From positions 12,276,001 to 12,340,000 of the forward strand of contig CM119371.1 in the NCBI GenBank assembly GCA_051294905.1: a DNA stretch of 64,000 bases. Direction: 5' to 3'. Under the pieces are notes generated by a model, which was given only the letters and a program-made list of their open reading frames with translations, had not been told where the DNA came from and did no database searches. The number at the start of each line of letters is the position of its first letter. Position 1 is the first letter of the stretch. This DNA is from Botryllus schlosseri (taxonomy: Eukaryota). A program made the position numbers and the translations under genes. Positions 1-9,470 of the stretch are shown here, in pieces.

Positions 1-209
1 GGGTTTTAGGGGTGGGTAACCAAGTGAATCATGAAAATGAGTGGAGTTATCGCTATATACACACACCCAATGAGAACCTGGTAACGTTGATTCATCGTAA
101 TTGATGACAACAGCAAATTTCTTGTTAACTGTTTTTTTCGGTAGCTGATGAATAGATTTTTCGTGTCAGTATGATTGAAGAGAATATTATTAATCTCATC
201 CGTGTTCAT
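1..209 (-). pseudogene. Adenain-type cysteine (maturation) protease, N-terminal part, frameshifted
   Basis: Starts MNTDEINNILFNHTDTKNLF at 209. After a frameshift it reads KFAVVINYDESTLPGSHWVCIYSDNSTHFHDSLGYPP, with the catalytic His (GSHW) and Asp (DSLG) motifs of Polinton proteases. Confidence 0.9.
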
Positions 210-1476
210 ATTTCCACGACCTGTCTTTTCTGGTTCAGTTGTAAGAGGTGTTGGTACTATTTTAAGCACAGCAATGTCACAGGCGTTGGTAGTGGCTTGG
301 AGGTTGTCAAAACCAGGTGTACGGTTCCGGTTTTGTGTAGTTGGTAACACCCTAAGCTATTGTCTGGGGTCAAATCAAACACGAACAGAGTATACCCGTT
401 CATATAGTCGGTAGGTGATATATTTAGAGGTGCCTCACCTTCCCACTTACCTGTCTCAGAAAAGAGCATCATATAACCTTCTAAACCCCCTGATTTTTCG
501 AAATCGAAATGAAATTCTCTGCCTCGTAATTGATTGCCACAAACAGACAATGACATATTCTGAATGTCATAATGTTTAAAGTTGAATGGATTTTTGTTTC
601 TAGCCCCGTTAAACGCTGTGGTTTCAACCAAAATAATTATAATTTTTTTCGGCAAAGTCCCGTTATTAACTCGCGGTCAAGCTTCGTCAGTCCCCCTGCG
701 AATGTATGAGTTGACATTTGAAGACGAGACCACGGATATTTAGCATTCGATTTCTGTAATATCGACTTGTGAGCTAAGCTGACACTCTCTGCAATTTTCA
801 TTTGTTTGACATATAGTTCCATATCCGTGATTACAATTTTCACGTCTTCCGTGGTTCCAATAAGGCAGAATTTTTCGTCGTTACATGTGAATCGTAATTT
901 CATATCGACATTATCCAGCATACATCTTGATTGCTCGAAAAGTCCCATTCGGATTTTACCAATCAACTCCAATGCTTTACTACTTTTCGAAAGACCTTTT
1001 CGCGTTACGTACCCTGTGTTTTCAGCGCCTATAGTATCCATAAATTTTGCGGTGTCTTTGTGGAAGCCCTGACCACGAATAAAACTGTTACACCCAGCGG
1101 GTGTGTCATTCAACAGTCGATAGATATACGCTTTGTAGGCGTGGCAATTGTCTGAGTTGGTGATTACTTCATTTCCGATAGTTACATCAATTTGTTTGAA
1201 AAGAGAATCTAATATATTGTTGACAAATGCTACTTCCGCGGCATCTGCTAAATCTGTTCCATCGGGTTTAGTAAGCTTTAGGCATAATCGTAAGAATGAG
1301 TTTTGCTGGTCGATGTATCTGTCTGTTTTAGGTAATGAAATTTCCATTACATTTCCCAGACTGTGTGGTTTAACGATAACATATTGTGAATTCTCTATCG
1401 AGGTTTGGGTATGAGGAACACTAAATATATTTAATCCGTTATTATGACATTCGCGGGAATCTTCATGCATCATCAT
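206..1476 (-). pseudogene. Major capsid protein (double jelly-roll, hexon-like)
   Basis: The N-terminus MHEDSRECHNNGLNIFSVPHTQTSIENSQY and the C-terminal FNFKHYD...GYTLFVFDLTPD...GTVHLVL are typical of Maverick MCP. There is a frameshift near 640-655 and a nonsense codon at 257-259. The true stop is at 206-208. Confidence 0.92.
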
Positions 1477-1567
1477 ATTAATCGAAGATGTCCTTCTCTT
1501 TGCGGCGTCGCTTCTTAAAAATGTTTGATTTAGTATTTTTCTTTCTTTTTATACCATTGGTGGGTTT

Positions 1568-1828
1568 CTAAATTCGATCAATAACGCGAGTCCTAGCGTG
1601 CTTACTTCTTTTGAGGGCACTGGACTTGATGGAGTGTCCGTTCAAAAGATCTCTGGCTATCTCGCTGCCGGTGCGTAACAATTGTCCGCCGGCGTATTTT
1701 ACAACAGGGGTCACGAAACCAATACCAGACCCTGTTTGGTGGCCACCGGTGAAATATCCAAATCCATTCCCTGTTTGATTATAATGGTTGTATACCGAGT
1801 GATGGTCGCAGGTGTATGCAACTTTCAT
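1568..1828 (-). CDS. Small basic Gly-motif protein (putative core protein / protease substrate), 86 aa
   Basis: Contains QTGNGFGYFTGGHQTGSGIG followed by a basic tail. It sits directly upstream of MCP, as in many animal Mavericks. Confidence 0.7.
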   Translation of the reverse strand: MKVAYTCDHHSVYNHYNQTGNGFGYFTGGHQTGSGIGFVTPVVKYAGGQLLRTGSEIARDLLNGHSIKSSALKRSKHARTRVIDRI

Positions 1829-2216
1829 AATTGCTTCCTAATGTTAAATGTGACTTGCAATGATTGGTTGTCTATATTTATAGGGTCACCGAATTCATTT
1901 CTCAGTGAAATACAAACGGAGTGTATTACATCTTGCGATATCGGAAAATAATATGGATTCGTTGATATCCAATTTTGCGACATGGTGTTATTTTGTAACG
2001 GGATGAGAGGAGTAAATTGGCTAATGTGTCTCCGACCAATCGTGGGTTGATAATATTACAATAAACAAACAAATATCGTCCTGGTATAGGATTGGTCAAT
2101 GTCATATTCATCTCCATAAGCGCTATCTCACGGTATCTCGTAGAGATTTCGTTAACAGTGGACAGCGAGTGCTGGAAACCTATATCATTCCTAGAATTGG
2201 TCAGCGTTAAAATCAT
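1825..2216 (-). pseudogene. Minor capsid (penton-like) paralogue C, short (~130 aa), one frameshift
   Basis: Reads YLFVYCNIINPRLVGDTLANLL, then after a frameshift NPYYFPISQDVIHSVCISLRNEFGDPI...VTFNIRKQL*. Confidence 0.8.
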
Positions 2217-2890
2217 CGTAAATGAAGTGTCAACGTAGTGTGTATACCATGGATCAACTGACCGAATTGGTCCGTAATGGAGATTTTTATATTCTGGATG
2301 TGATTTGTTGATACTGGAAAATATATCTGTTTCTCAAAAATGATCTCCTCGCGGTAACGTGGAGTGGTTTTGATTTGAATAACGCGAAGTAGTTGACTCA
2401 TATAATCACCCACGTGACGATGCTTGACTGAGTCACAATAAACAAAAAGATATCTTATCTCATTGGACACCGGCTTACACCTGATTAATGTGGAATTACA
2501 AAACCGTTATGTTAGGTCGCGTGTGACATTGAAATATTTTTCTAGAATACTGCCGGGATGGATTGTAATATATATCGGGGTTAGAATTCGGAATAGTTCT
2601 CCATTGATTTTCTCTATGTTATAAACAGTATTATACGCAAATCTTTCAGATAAAATCCTATACATCAACTGTTTCGGGGTAGCATAATTTACAATAGGAG
2701 CAAGGTATATATCTAGTAATTGTTGAGAATTACGATACTCCCAAAGTTTTTCATTGTGTTTAATAATAATCTGATTGTTTAACTCAACATTAAAGCTTAT
2801 GTCCATAAGTGAGATTTCATTGCAAATGAAAGTATTGGTAACGTTGACTGAGAATACCGCGTGATCACCAGAAATTGTGACGTATGTCAT
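2213..2890 (-). pseudogene. Minor capsid (penton-like) paralogue B (~225 aa), one in-frame stop at 2507-2509
   Basis: ORFs 2507..2890 and 2213..2470 are in the same frame. The C-terminus reads YLFVYCDSVKHRHVGDYMSQLLRVI...QIYFPVSTNHIQNIKISITDQFGQLI...LTLHLR. Confidence 0.85.
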
Positions 2891-4941
2891 ATCGAGTACA
2901 CAGCTTTTCGGCGGGATAAAAGACTGACAGTGACAGGTCCTCAGAGGTGGTCAGTAACGAAGTACTTCTACTTTTTCGAAGTACTCAAGTAGTTTTCCTC
3001 TACTTCTGGTACTTACTCAAGTAGATCTGATTTTCTCTACTTCTACTTCTACTTCTTAATATTTGGTGATCTACTTACTTACTTTTCGCTATTTTCAGTT
3101 TCTCAAGTAGAAGTAGTTCAATCTTCCAATCAGGAAGATAGCCTGAGGAATTTCGGAGCTGTTTTCACGGAGTATTAACATTTGATTTTCATAAAAGTTT
3201 AGTAAAGCAGAGAATTTTCGTCGCGCTTGGCGCGCAGTGGATACGGAGTGACCAGTATGATTTCACGAAAGTATCGGTGAATATAATTTAGGTGGAAGGT
3301 TGACGTGGTTCCGTTCATACCACATTGTCGCCCTTCGCCCATATGAAATAATTCATCAAAGTATATATGGCTCATCATAACGTTTGAAACTGATGTTTCG
3401 CAATCTAGCATTTTCTTGTCATATCGTAATCTAGCATATATATCCATGGTGTGTCCTAATCTGGAAGAGTGGACTTTGACTTTCTTTCTTAGTTTTAGAG
3501 CTGTTTTAGCATACCACCTTCGAAACTTTCTGGACTAAAAACATGAAATACATATTCTGCTTTTAGAGGTAGTATTTATATTTCACTTTAAATTCCCAGT
3601 ATCATATACAGTACTTTGAGTTATAATTAATATCAGTTCTTTTGTCCGGATAACATACATGTTGAAGTATAAAAGCAAGTGCAGCAATGCATTTAATTTC
3701 TGGAAATAAAGCTACACAATATGGCATTTTTATGGTCCACCATATTTTTTAGTAACGTTTACTAATAGCGCAAAGTGTTTACACCGTATCCTATACAACT
3801 TCTCCGTATTGCTCTTCGACTAAACTTAGGACCTTATAATATGGGGGATGGCGCTATACCAAGCTATTTTCTAATACGTGATGTTCCAGAAAACAGAGGA
3901 TTAGTATCGCGTTTCCTTATCAATACTATCATTTTCATCCCATGATGCGGATGAATGCTTATGCTATCGAAAATTGGATACCTGCGGGTATGCATCAATA
4001 TGAATCAAGCTCGTCACCTATCACATAGCTCAATTTGCACCTTTTTATAATCCATCCAATCAGAATCGTTTTCACAACTACTTACTTACTTGAGTACTTT
4101 TAAAGTCAGTCAATTCTACTTCTACTTCAAGTAGTTTTAGGTTGCTTATGAAAGAAGTACTTCTACTTGTACTTGAGTAGATTATTTCGTCGCTACTTCT
4201 ACTTCTACTTGAGTAGCTTTCTTGACTACTTTGACCACCTCTGTGAGGTCCTTTTTGAAATTTAATTGGGTTACCAAATTTATCATGTAAATATATTCGT
4301 ATTCGATGAAAATTGTTTTTCGCCAACGGGAAATAGTATGGTTTATGAAAGACACTAGTTTGATTCTGGTTTGGTTCACATGTTACTGTGATGACTCGTA
4401 AGAGTGCCTTTAACTGATTACCATGGGGTCGTGGTTGAATCAAATCAGAATATACATAAATTTGATCGATGGTATCTAATTTCACAGCAGGGGAAAATAT
4501 GAATTCTATCGGCATAGTGGAATGCGGGGCATATATGCGCTTAAAAGCTAATTTGCTCAATACGGGACCAATAGGTGACAATCCGTAAGTCTCTATTGAT
4601 TTCTCGGTGTTAAGGTCTTTCGGTCTCGTAATCATAGTCCCGATGTTATTATTTGTCGATATACTTCGCGTGTGTCTAACTCTGTGTGATGGTAAATATC
4701 GAAAAGCGATTCTAAGCTCGTCATATCCTTGAATGATGAATATTTCACCCATGTAGTATTTTTCAAAAGCTTCTAACATTTCCGCGATATTGTGATAGGA
4801 CCCTTCTGGAATATAATATTGCTTGACATCTGAATTTTCATCACCAAATCTGAACCCTATAACATTTCTTGCCACTTCAATCCGGGGTTGAAAATTGTTT
4901 TCAAAACTTATCTCAGAAAGACCGACAAGGTGTTGTGCCAT
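2887..4941 (-). pseudogene. Minor capsid (penton-like) paralogue A, interrupted near its C-terminus by a hAT element
   Basis: Reads IYVYSDLIQPRPHGNQLKALLRVI...PYYFPLAKNNFHRIRIYLHDKFGNPIKFQKGP up to 4244. It resumes at 2941 with VTVSLLSRRKAVYSI*, stopping at 2887. Confidence 0.88.
2942..4243 (+). mobile_element. Non-autonomous hAT element (family CAGAGGTGGTCA), copy 1
   Basis: The TIRs are CAGAGGTGGTCA / TGACCACCTCTG, with AAGTAG-type subterminal repeats. The TSD is imperfect (AGGTCCT on both sides). It is homologous to 11512..12763 in the opposite orientation. Confidence 0.92.
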
Positions 4942-5032
4942 TTCTAGTTCGCTGTAGAGTTCTGTTTAAAAATTTGATGGTGTATTTTCAAAAATTGACA
5001 TACTAGCATTGGACGGTAAAGTTAGCAGCATT

Positions 5033-5266
5033 TTATTGTATTCTCAGCGCAGATGGTTGTGGGAGTAAATATCCTAGACAGCTCGATAACAGCGTTAAAT
5101 ATATTTCGCGATCGGGTTTCACAGAAATTTGATATAATGAAAAAATGATTATTCCGACTAACATAAAAATTTGTACGACAAATGCACACTGATTTTTTAT
5201 TTCAAGCTTGAATTCAGTAACGCGACTTGTCGTGGACTGGGAATCCATATTTACAATATAAAACAT
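5033..5266 (-). CDS. Small two-TM membrane protein typical of animal Mavericks, 77 aa
   Basis: Two hydrophobic segments end in LLSSCLGYLLPQP. It lies between the integrase and the penton. Confidence 0.7.
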   Translation of the reverse strand: MFYIVNMDSQSTTSRVTEFKLEIKNQCAFVVQIFMLVGIIIFSLYQISVKPDREIYLTLLSSCLGYLLPQPSALRIQ

Positions 5267-5269
5267 TAC

Positions 5270-6334
5270 TCAAGGCTTTATATAGTAATCCGAAAACCAC
5301 GAATTAAATTTTTCGGGGTATCCAGACCATTTGACCAGGTACTCAGTTTTTCCAGCCTTATTACGTGTAGACAGAATCTTTTCGACGTTGAAAATGTCAT
5401 TATCAATAATTACAGGTTGAATTTCCTCGCGTTGAAAACGACCGGATATAATTTCGTTTGCATAATCTTTCAGTTGATAACTAACTGGGTCCCCGGAAAA
5501 ACATTTCGAAATGAAAAATATTTCTTCGCTCCAACCAGCCAATGCTGATTTTACGAATCGCTGTCGTGTTTTTTGAAATCCGCACAGGGGTACCAATGGA
5601 TAGTGTTGGTTGCTTTGGTGTGATATCGCCGTATAATCGATGAAAGACATCCTCTTGTTTTGAAAAATTAACATCAATTGGAGCGCGACCTATACTGGTA
5701 TGGTAAGTCGAGTTAAATCCTAGGCACATTTCCGATAAAACATTGACGTAATTTAACGTTTTATTATGTTTAAAGTAGAGAATAGTATCTACTTCACACT
5801 TCTGATGGCACGTTCGGCTATAGACGCCTTCAATTCGCTAAGTGTGAAAAAGTGTTTTACTCTGTTCTGTTTTAAAAAACTCTGGAAGGAGCGGTTTGTA
5901 AACTCAGTTCCCTGATCGCTCTGAATGATGTGTGGTTTAATTTGTGTAAAGATTTCTTTGAAACATCGAATAACACCCTTTGCAGATTTATCTCGAAGCG
6001 GAAAAGGATATAGAAATTTACTGAAAATGTCCACAACCAATATTACGTATATGAAACCATCATTTTTTGCTGCTAGGTTTTCCATGTGCATGATATTGGA
6101 CACCTAAACCCGATGTAATTACTTTTGGGCGTTGAAACTTTTGTCCACAGGGAAGTGTCTGGTATAGGCCTCGCGTCGCCTAAGAAAGTCTTTTACCGCG
6201 GTTCCATTGCGCCCCCTGCCGAATACATACGCTCCGCGATAGCTACCGGGTCGATCCGGAGCGAAATATTCAGTAAACGCTCCATTTGAATCGCGACGGT
6301 GTCTTGATAGACCGCCTCCTTTTCGTTGTGACAT
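5270..6334 (-). pseudogene. Retroviral-like (rve) integrase with C-terminal chromodomain, frameshifted
   Basis: The N-terminus reads YFAPDRPGSY...KDFLRRREAYTRH. The core reads YVILVVDIFSKF...IQSDQGTEF...KASIAERAIRSVK. The chromodomain reads FNVEKILSTRNKAGKTEYLVKWSGYPEKFNSW. The first catalytic Asp region appears to have been deleted near 6090. Confidence 0.93.
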
Positions 6335-6677
6335 GGGGCGAAGCGATTTTAGTTGTGGGTCTAGCAGGTGACTGGTTCGGTACGGGGATCTTTGAAGATT
6401 CGGGTTTGATTTTTATCATATGTCGTAACGCATCCAATTCAGCATTAGAAAACAGGTTCGGTTGATCTGGTACATCAATTTTCATTGGTTGATTCAGAAC
6501 ATCGTGTCTGTTCTGGAACCGATTCAACGCGTCGTTATATAACGCTAATTTTTTATCCCGCGGAATATTCATTTGTAATATTTCATATATACGTTTATCG
6601 ATGTCTGAATTCAGTTTTTGAATGTCGACATGGTTGATTGGATTCGGCGTGACGTAAATTTTCTTGAAATGTGTCAT
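6270..6677 (-). CDS. Conserved Maverick helical protein with basic tail, 135 aa
   Basis: Contains SDIDKRIYEILQMNIPRDKKLALYNDALNRF. This pattern is typical of the Maverick ORF upstream of the integrase. Confidence 0.6.
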   Translation of the reverse strand: MTHFKKIYVTPNPINHVDIQKLNSDIDKRIYEILQMNIPRDKKLALYNDALNRFQNRHDVLNQPMKIDVPDQPNLFSNAELDALRHMIKIKPESSKIPVPNQSPARPTTKIASPHVTTKRRRSIKTPSRFKWSVY

Positions 6678-7026
6678 TTCTTAAATAAATTCCCTAGTAA
6701 TCCTTTAACCACTGGAAGTATACTTGATATTAGAGACATAAACATACCACCATGTTGATTAACAACAAGATTCTTTTTACGTCGAAATGAAACGTCTTTG
6801 TTGGTAAGCTTCCTCAAGATGTTTCTATGGTAACACAATCGTTTCTTCTGAGACGGTGACAGTGGTATATTTCCGTTTAATAAATTCTTTGCACACTCAC
6901 AAATACAACGTATTAGACCTTCACTAGCCCCAGATCAAATTTCCTTGCGTATCGCGGGTTTAGCTTGGTGTGCAAGAATGCTAACGTCGGCAAATGGTCT
7001 CGTGTTCGTCGGGGGATTCGTGTCAT
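6674..7026 (-). pseudogene. Small basic protein with C-terminal amphipathic helix (putative membrane-lytic peptide precursor); not in the ORF track
   Basis: Manual translation gives MTRIPRRTRDHLPTLAF/fs/...EI*SGASEGLIRCICECAKNLLNGNIPLSPSQKKRL...HGGGMFMSLISSILPVVKGLLGNLFKK*. Confidence 0.8.
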
Positions 7027-7057
7027 TTTGAAACCAGAACAGCATACACCCCGGTAT

Positions 7058-7666
7058 TTATAGCGGTTGAGTGTAAATAGTCAATGTTTCGCCTGGAAAT
7101 ATATTGGTCATAGCCCGTCTATCATCATGGCACTCTTGCGTGAGATCGAGGAACAAATACGAATGAGGTCTCTTGACAGCGTCTCTATAACATTCTGTTC
7201 GAAACCTTGATTTTGGGTACATCTGACGACCCAACACGGATATTTGATTTTGATCTCTGGGATTTTTAAACAGGAAGACATACATAGCCGATAGACTGAG
7301 GTCGCGGGCTCCTTTACCCTGATGATGAAAATTCTGTGTGCAGAAAGCTATTGATTTGGCCCCGTGGTGACTTATACGTATAAAGTATTCTCCCAATTTT
7401 TCTGTCTGGGTCATAAAATCGTCAACTATTATCAATACATCCTCATTATTTGATTTAAGATCTTCCAAAATCACCAACCCGTTGTAAAATTCAACCTGCG
7501 GCATGTTCTCAAAAATACTCTGATAATTATTATAACAGTACACGATTCTAGAAATATTAGGTTTGGTCATTGAGGCTGCATTCTTGATCAGTTTAGTTAT
7601 GAAAGTAGTTTTACCACTGCGAGATGGTCCGGATAGGATGAACGAGAAAGGATGCTTCAATTCCAT
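7058..7666 (-). CDS. A32/FtsK-like genome-packaging ATPase, intact ORF of 202 aa
   Basis: Walker A is SGPSRSGKTT and Walker B is LIIVDD. RISHH and the arginine-finger region ARDLSL...FKNPRD are also present. Confidence 0.95.
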   Translation of the reverse strand: MELKHPFSFILSGPSRSGKTTFITKLIKNAASMTKPNISRIVYCYNNYQSIFENMPQVEFYNGLVILEDLKSNNEDVLIIVDDFMTQTEKLGEYFIRISHHGAKSIAFCTQNFHHQGKGARDLSLSAMYVFLFKNPRDQNQISVLGRQMYPKSRFRTECYRDAVKRPHSYLFLDLTQECHDDRRAMTNIFPGETLTIYTQPL

Positions 7667-7748
7667 GTTGCTGTTTATTCAAACTCGAAAAACGAATGTA
7701 TTTATATATATATCACGAGTCTGCGGACTGGGAAAATCCACTGTTGTA

Positions 7749-8177
7749 TTAATCTTCAAGTGAGATGTATAGTCCCAGCAAAGTTCGATTCAGCAGTTTG
7801 CCGCGTGTGACAAAGTCCTCATCACTGCCTTGTAATTTCGTCAAGGGTAGTTGCAAGGTCACGAAGGCTTTTTGAAGATCGTCGAGCAGTTGTTCCCAGT
7901 CTAGATATGAAATGATATTAGAGTTAAATTAGAAAGTGATTTGATGAAAATGTCTACCATGAGAACACAAAATCATACATGCTATATCACCATTGGAGCA
8001 TTGCTCTAAATCGTGGCGTTGGCTTGAAATGCATCGATTGTAGAATTCATTCGACATATCATGCCTCAAATACATGTCGACAAATTGAATGCGATCGTGA
8101 TACCGGCGCAGTGTCTTGTCGTGTAGTTGATCCAGGTTGGAACGTTGCAGTATAGATTTTTAGAAGTTAGTAGCCAT
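7749..8177 (-). pseudogene. Unassigned Maverick accessory ORF (~142 aa) with two in-frame stops
   Basis: The ATG at 8177 and the TAA at 7749 are in frame (143 codons). It reads MATNF*KSILQRSNLDQLHDKTLRRY...LGLYISLED*. Confidence 0.45.
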
Positions 8178-8321
8178 CTGTAAAACAAAACACAAATAGC
8201 CTACATTAACCATCCCAGTACAAAACTGGTCTTTAACCCGATCAGATATTACATTTGAACACCTAAAATTGATAAGCATTATCACTAAACAGCAAAATAT
8301 CACAAATTGGGGTCTGCACAG

Positions 8322-8939
8322 TAGGGTGGTTCAAAAATAACCTTTTTTCCTGAATCTTGCAGGTTACTTGATTAAATCGTTAGGTTGCCTTAAAAAACGA
8401 CGCACACCAAATTTGAATTCATTCCAACCAATTTTCGCGGATTTCGTAGAGTTTGAAAATTTTGAATTTGCCTAAAAATGCAAAAAAAAAAAATTTTCAA
8501 ATTTTTCTGCCAACCCCATGAAATTGTTGCGCTGTCTCCGAAAACAATGCAAAACAAATTTGACTCAATTCGAAGCCGTAGAAGTGGAGTTATTTCAGTT
8601 TTTCTTTGATAATTCTGGGATTATCCTTGATTGGTGGATCATCTCAGAATTATCATCAAAAAACTTGAATAACTCCGCTTCTGCAGCTTGGAATTGAGTC
8701 AAATTTGTTTTCCATCGTTTTTGAAGACAGCGCAACAATTTCATAAGGTTGGAAGGAAATTTGAAAAAAAAATTTTTTTGCATTTTTAGGCAAATTCAAA
8801 ATTTTCAAACTCTACGAAATCCGCGAATATTGGTTGGAATGAATTCAAATTTGGTGTGCGTCGTTTTTTAAGGCAACCTAACGATTTAATCAAGTAACCT
8901 GCAAGATTCAGGAAAAAAGGTTATTTTTGAACCACCCTA
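8322..8939. mobile_element. 618-bp fold-back MITE (hATm-like), almost entirely palindromic
   Basis: Begins TAGGGTGGTTCAAAAATAACC and ends with the reverse complement; the inverted arms are ~300 bp. It has a perfect 8-bp TSD, CTGCACAG, at 8314-8321 and 8940-8947. Confidence 0.95.
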
Positions 8940-9470
8940 CTGCACAGTTATAGTTATCGGGGAAGCCATCGTTTCTCAATTCAGAAGGTTGTGTTCCAGC
9001 ATCACTGCTTTCCGAGTCTGAATGAGATCGTTTTCGAGAGTTGGCAGCACGATGCTGATCGAGAAAGAACTGCAAGGAACGACCACGCATAGAATTCTTG
9101 AAGTTGACTCTTTTTTCCTCCCTATCGTAAAGTGGAATCCAAGTCCTGGTTTTACCCAAAACGACATAATTTGTCAGCTTGGCTCGATAGAAAATGTCTT
9201 TGTGATCGCTCGGTAGCTTGCGGTCTGGGAATCGAAGCTGTAGCAGTGCTTCCATGCATATTTCTCGAATAGAGTTCCATCTTTGCTCGAGCTGATTCAG
9301 GCGCTCTCTGGTCGGATATCGTACCGGTGAGTGGATCGTCCTGGGTGCCGATAATAGAGTGTTGCGTTAAATCCTGTCTCAACCCAATGGTTTGCTTATG
9401 CAAAGTATCCAGATCTAGCTCTATTACAACCGATTTGATGAAAGAACTTGCACTATTCATCTGCGAAAAC
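8940..9470 (-). pseudogene. Unassigned Maverick accessory ORF remnant(s) downstream of pPolB
   Basis: The open frame reads ERLNQLEQRWNSIREICMEALLQLRFPDRKLPSD...RKRSHSDSESSDAG...NYNC. It is cut by the MITE at 8939, and the upstream part is frameshifted. Confidence 0.4.

Noticed and set aside
4078-4243. Ser/Arg-rich C-terminal extension of the 287-aa penton ORF
   Set aside because: It is read-through into the hAT element's AAGTAG repeats. The real C-terminus resumes at 2941.
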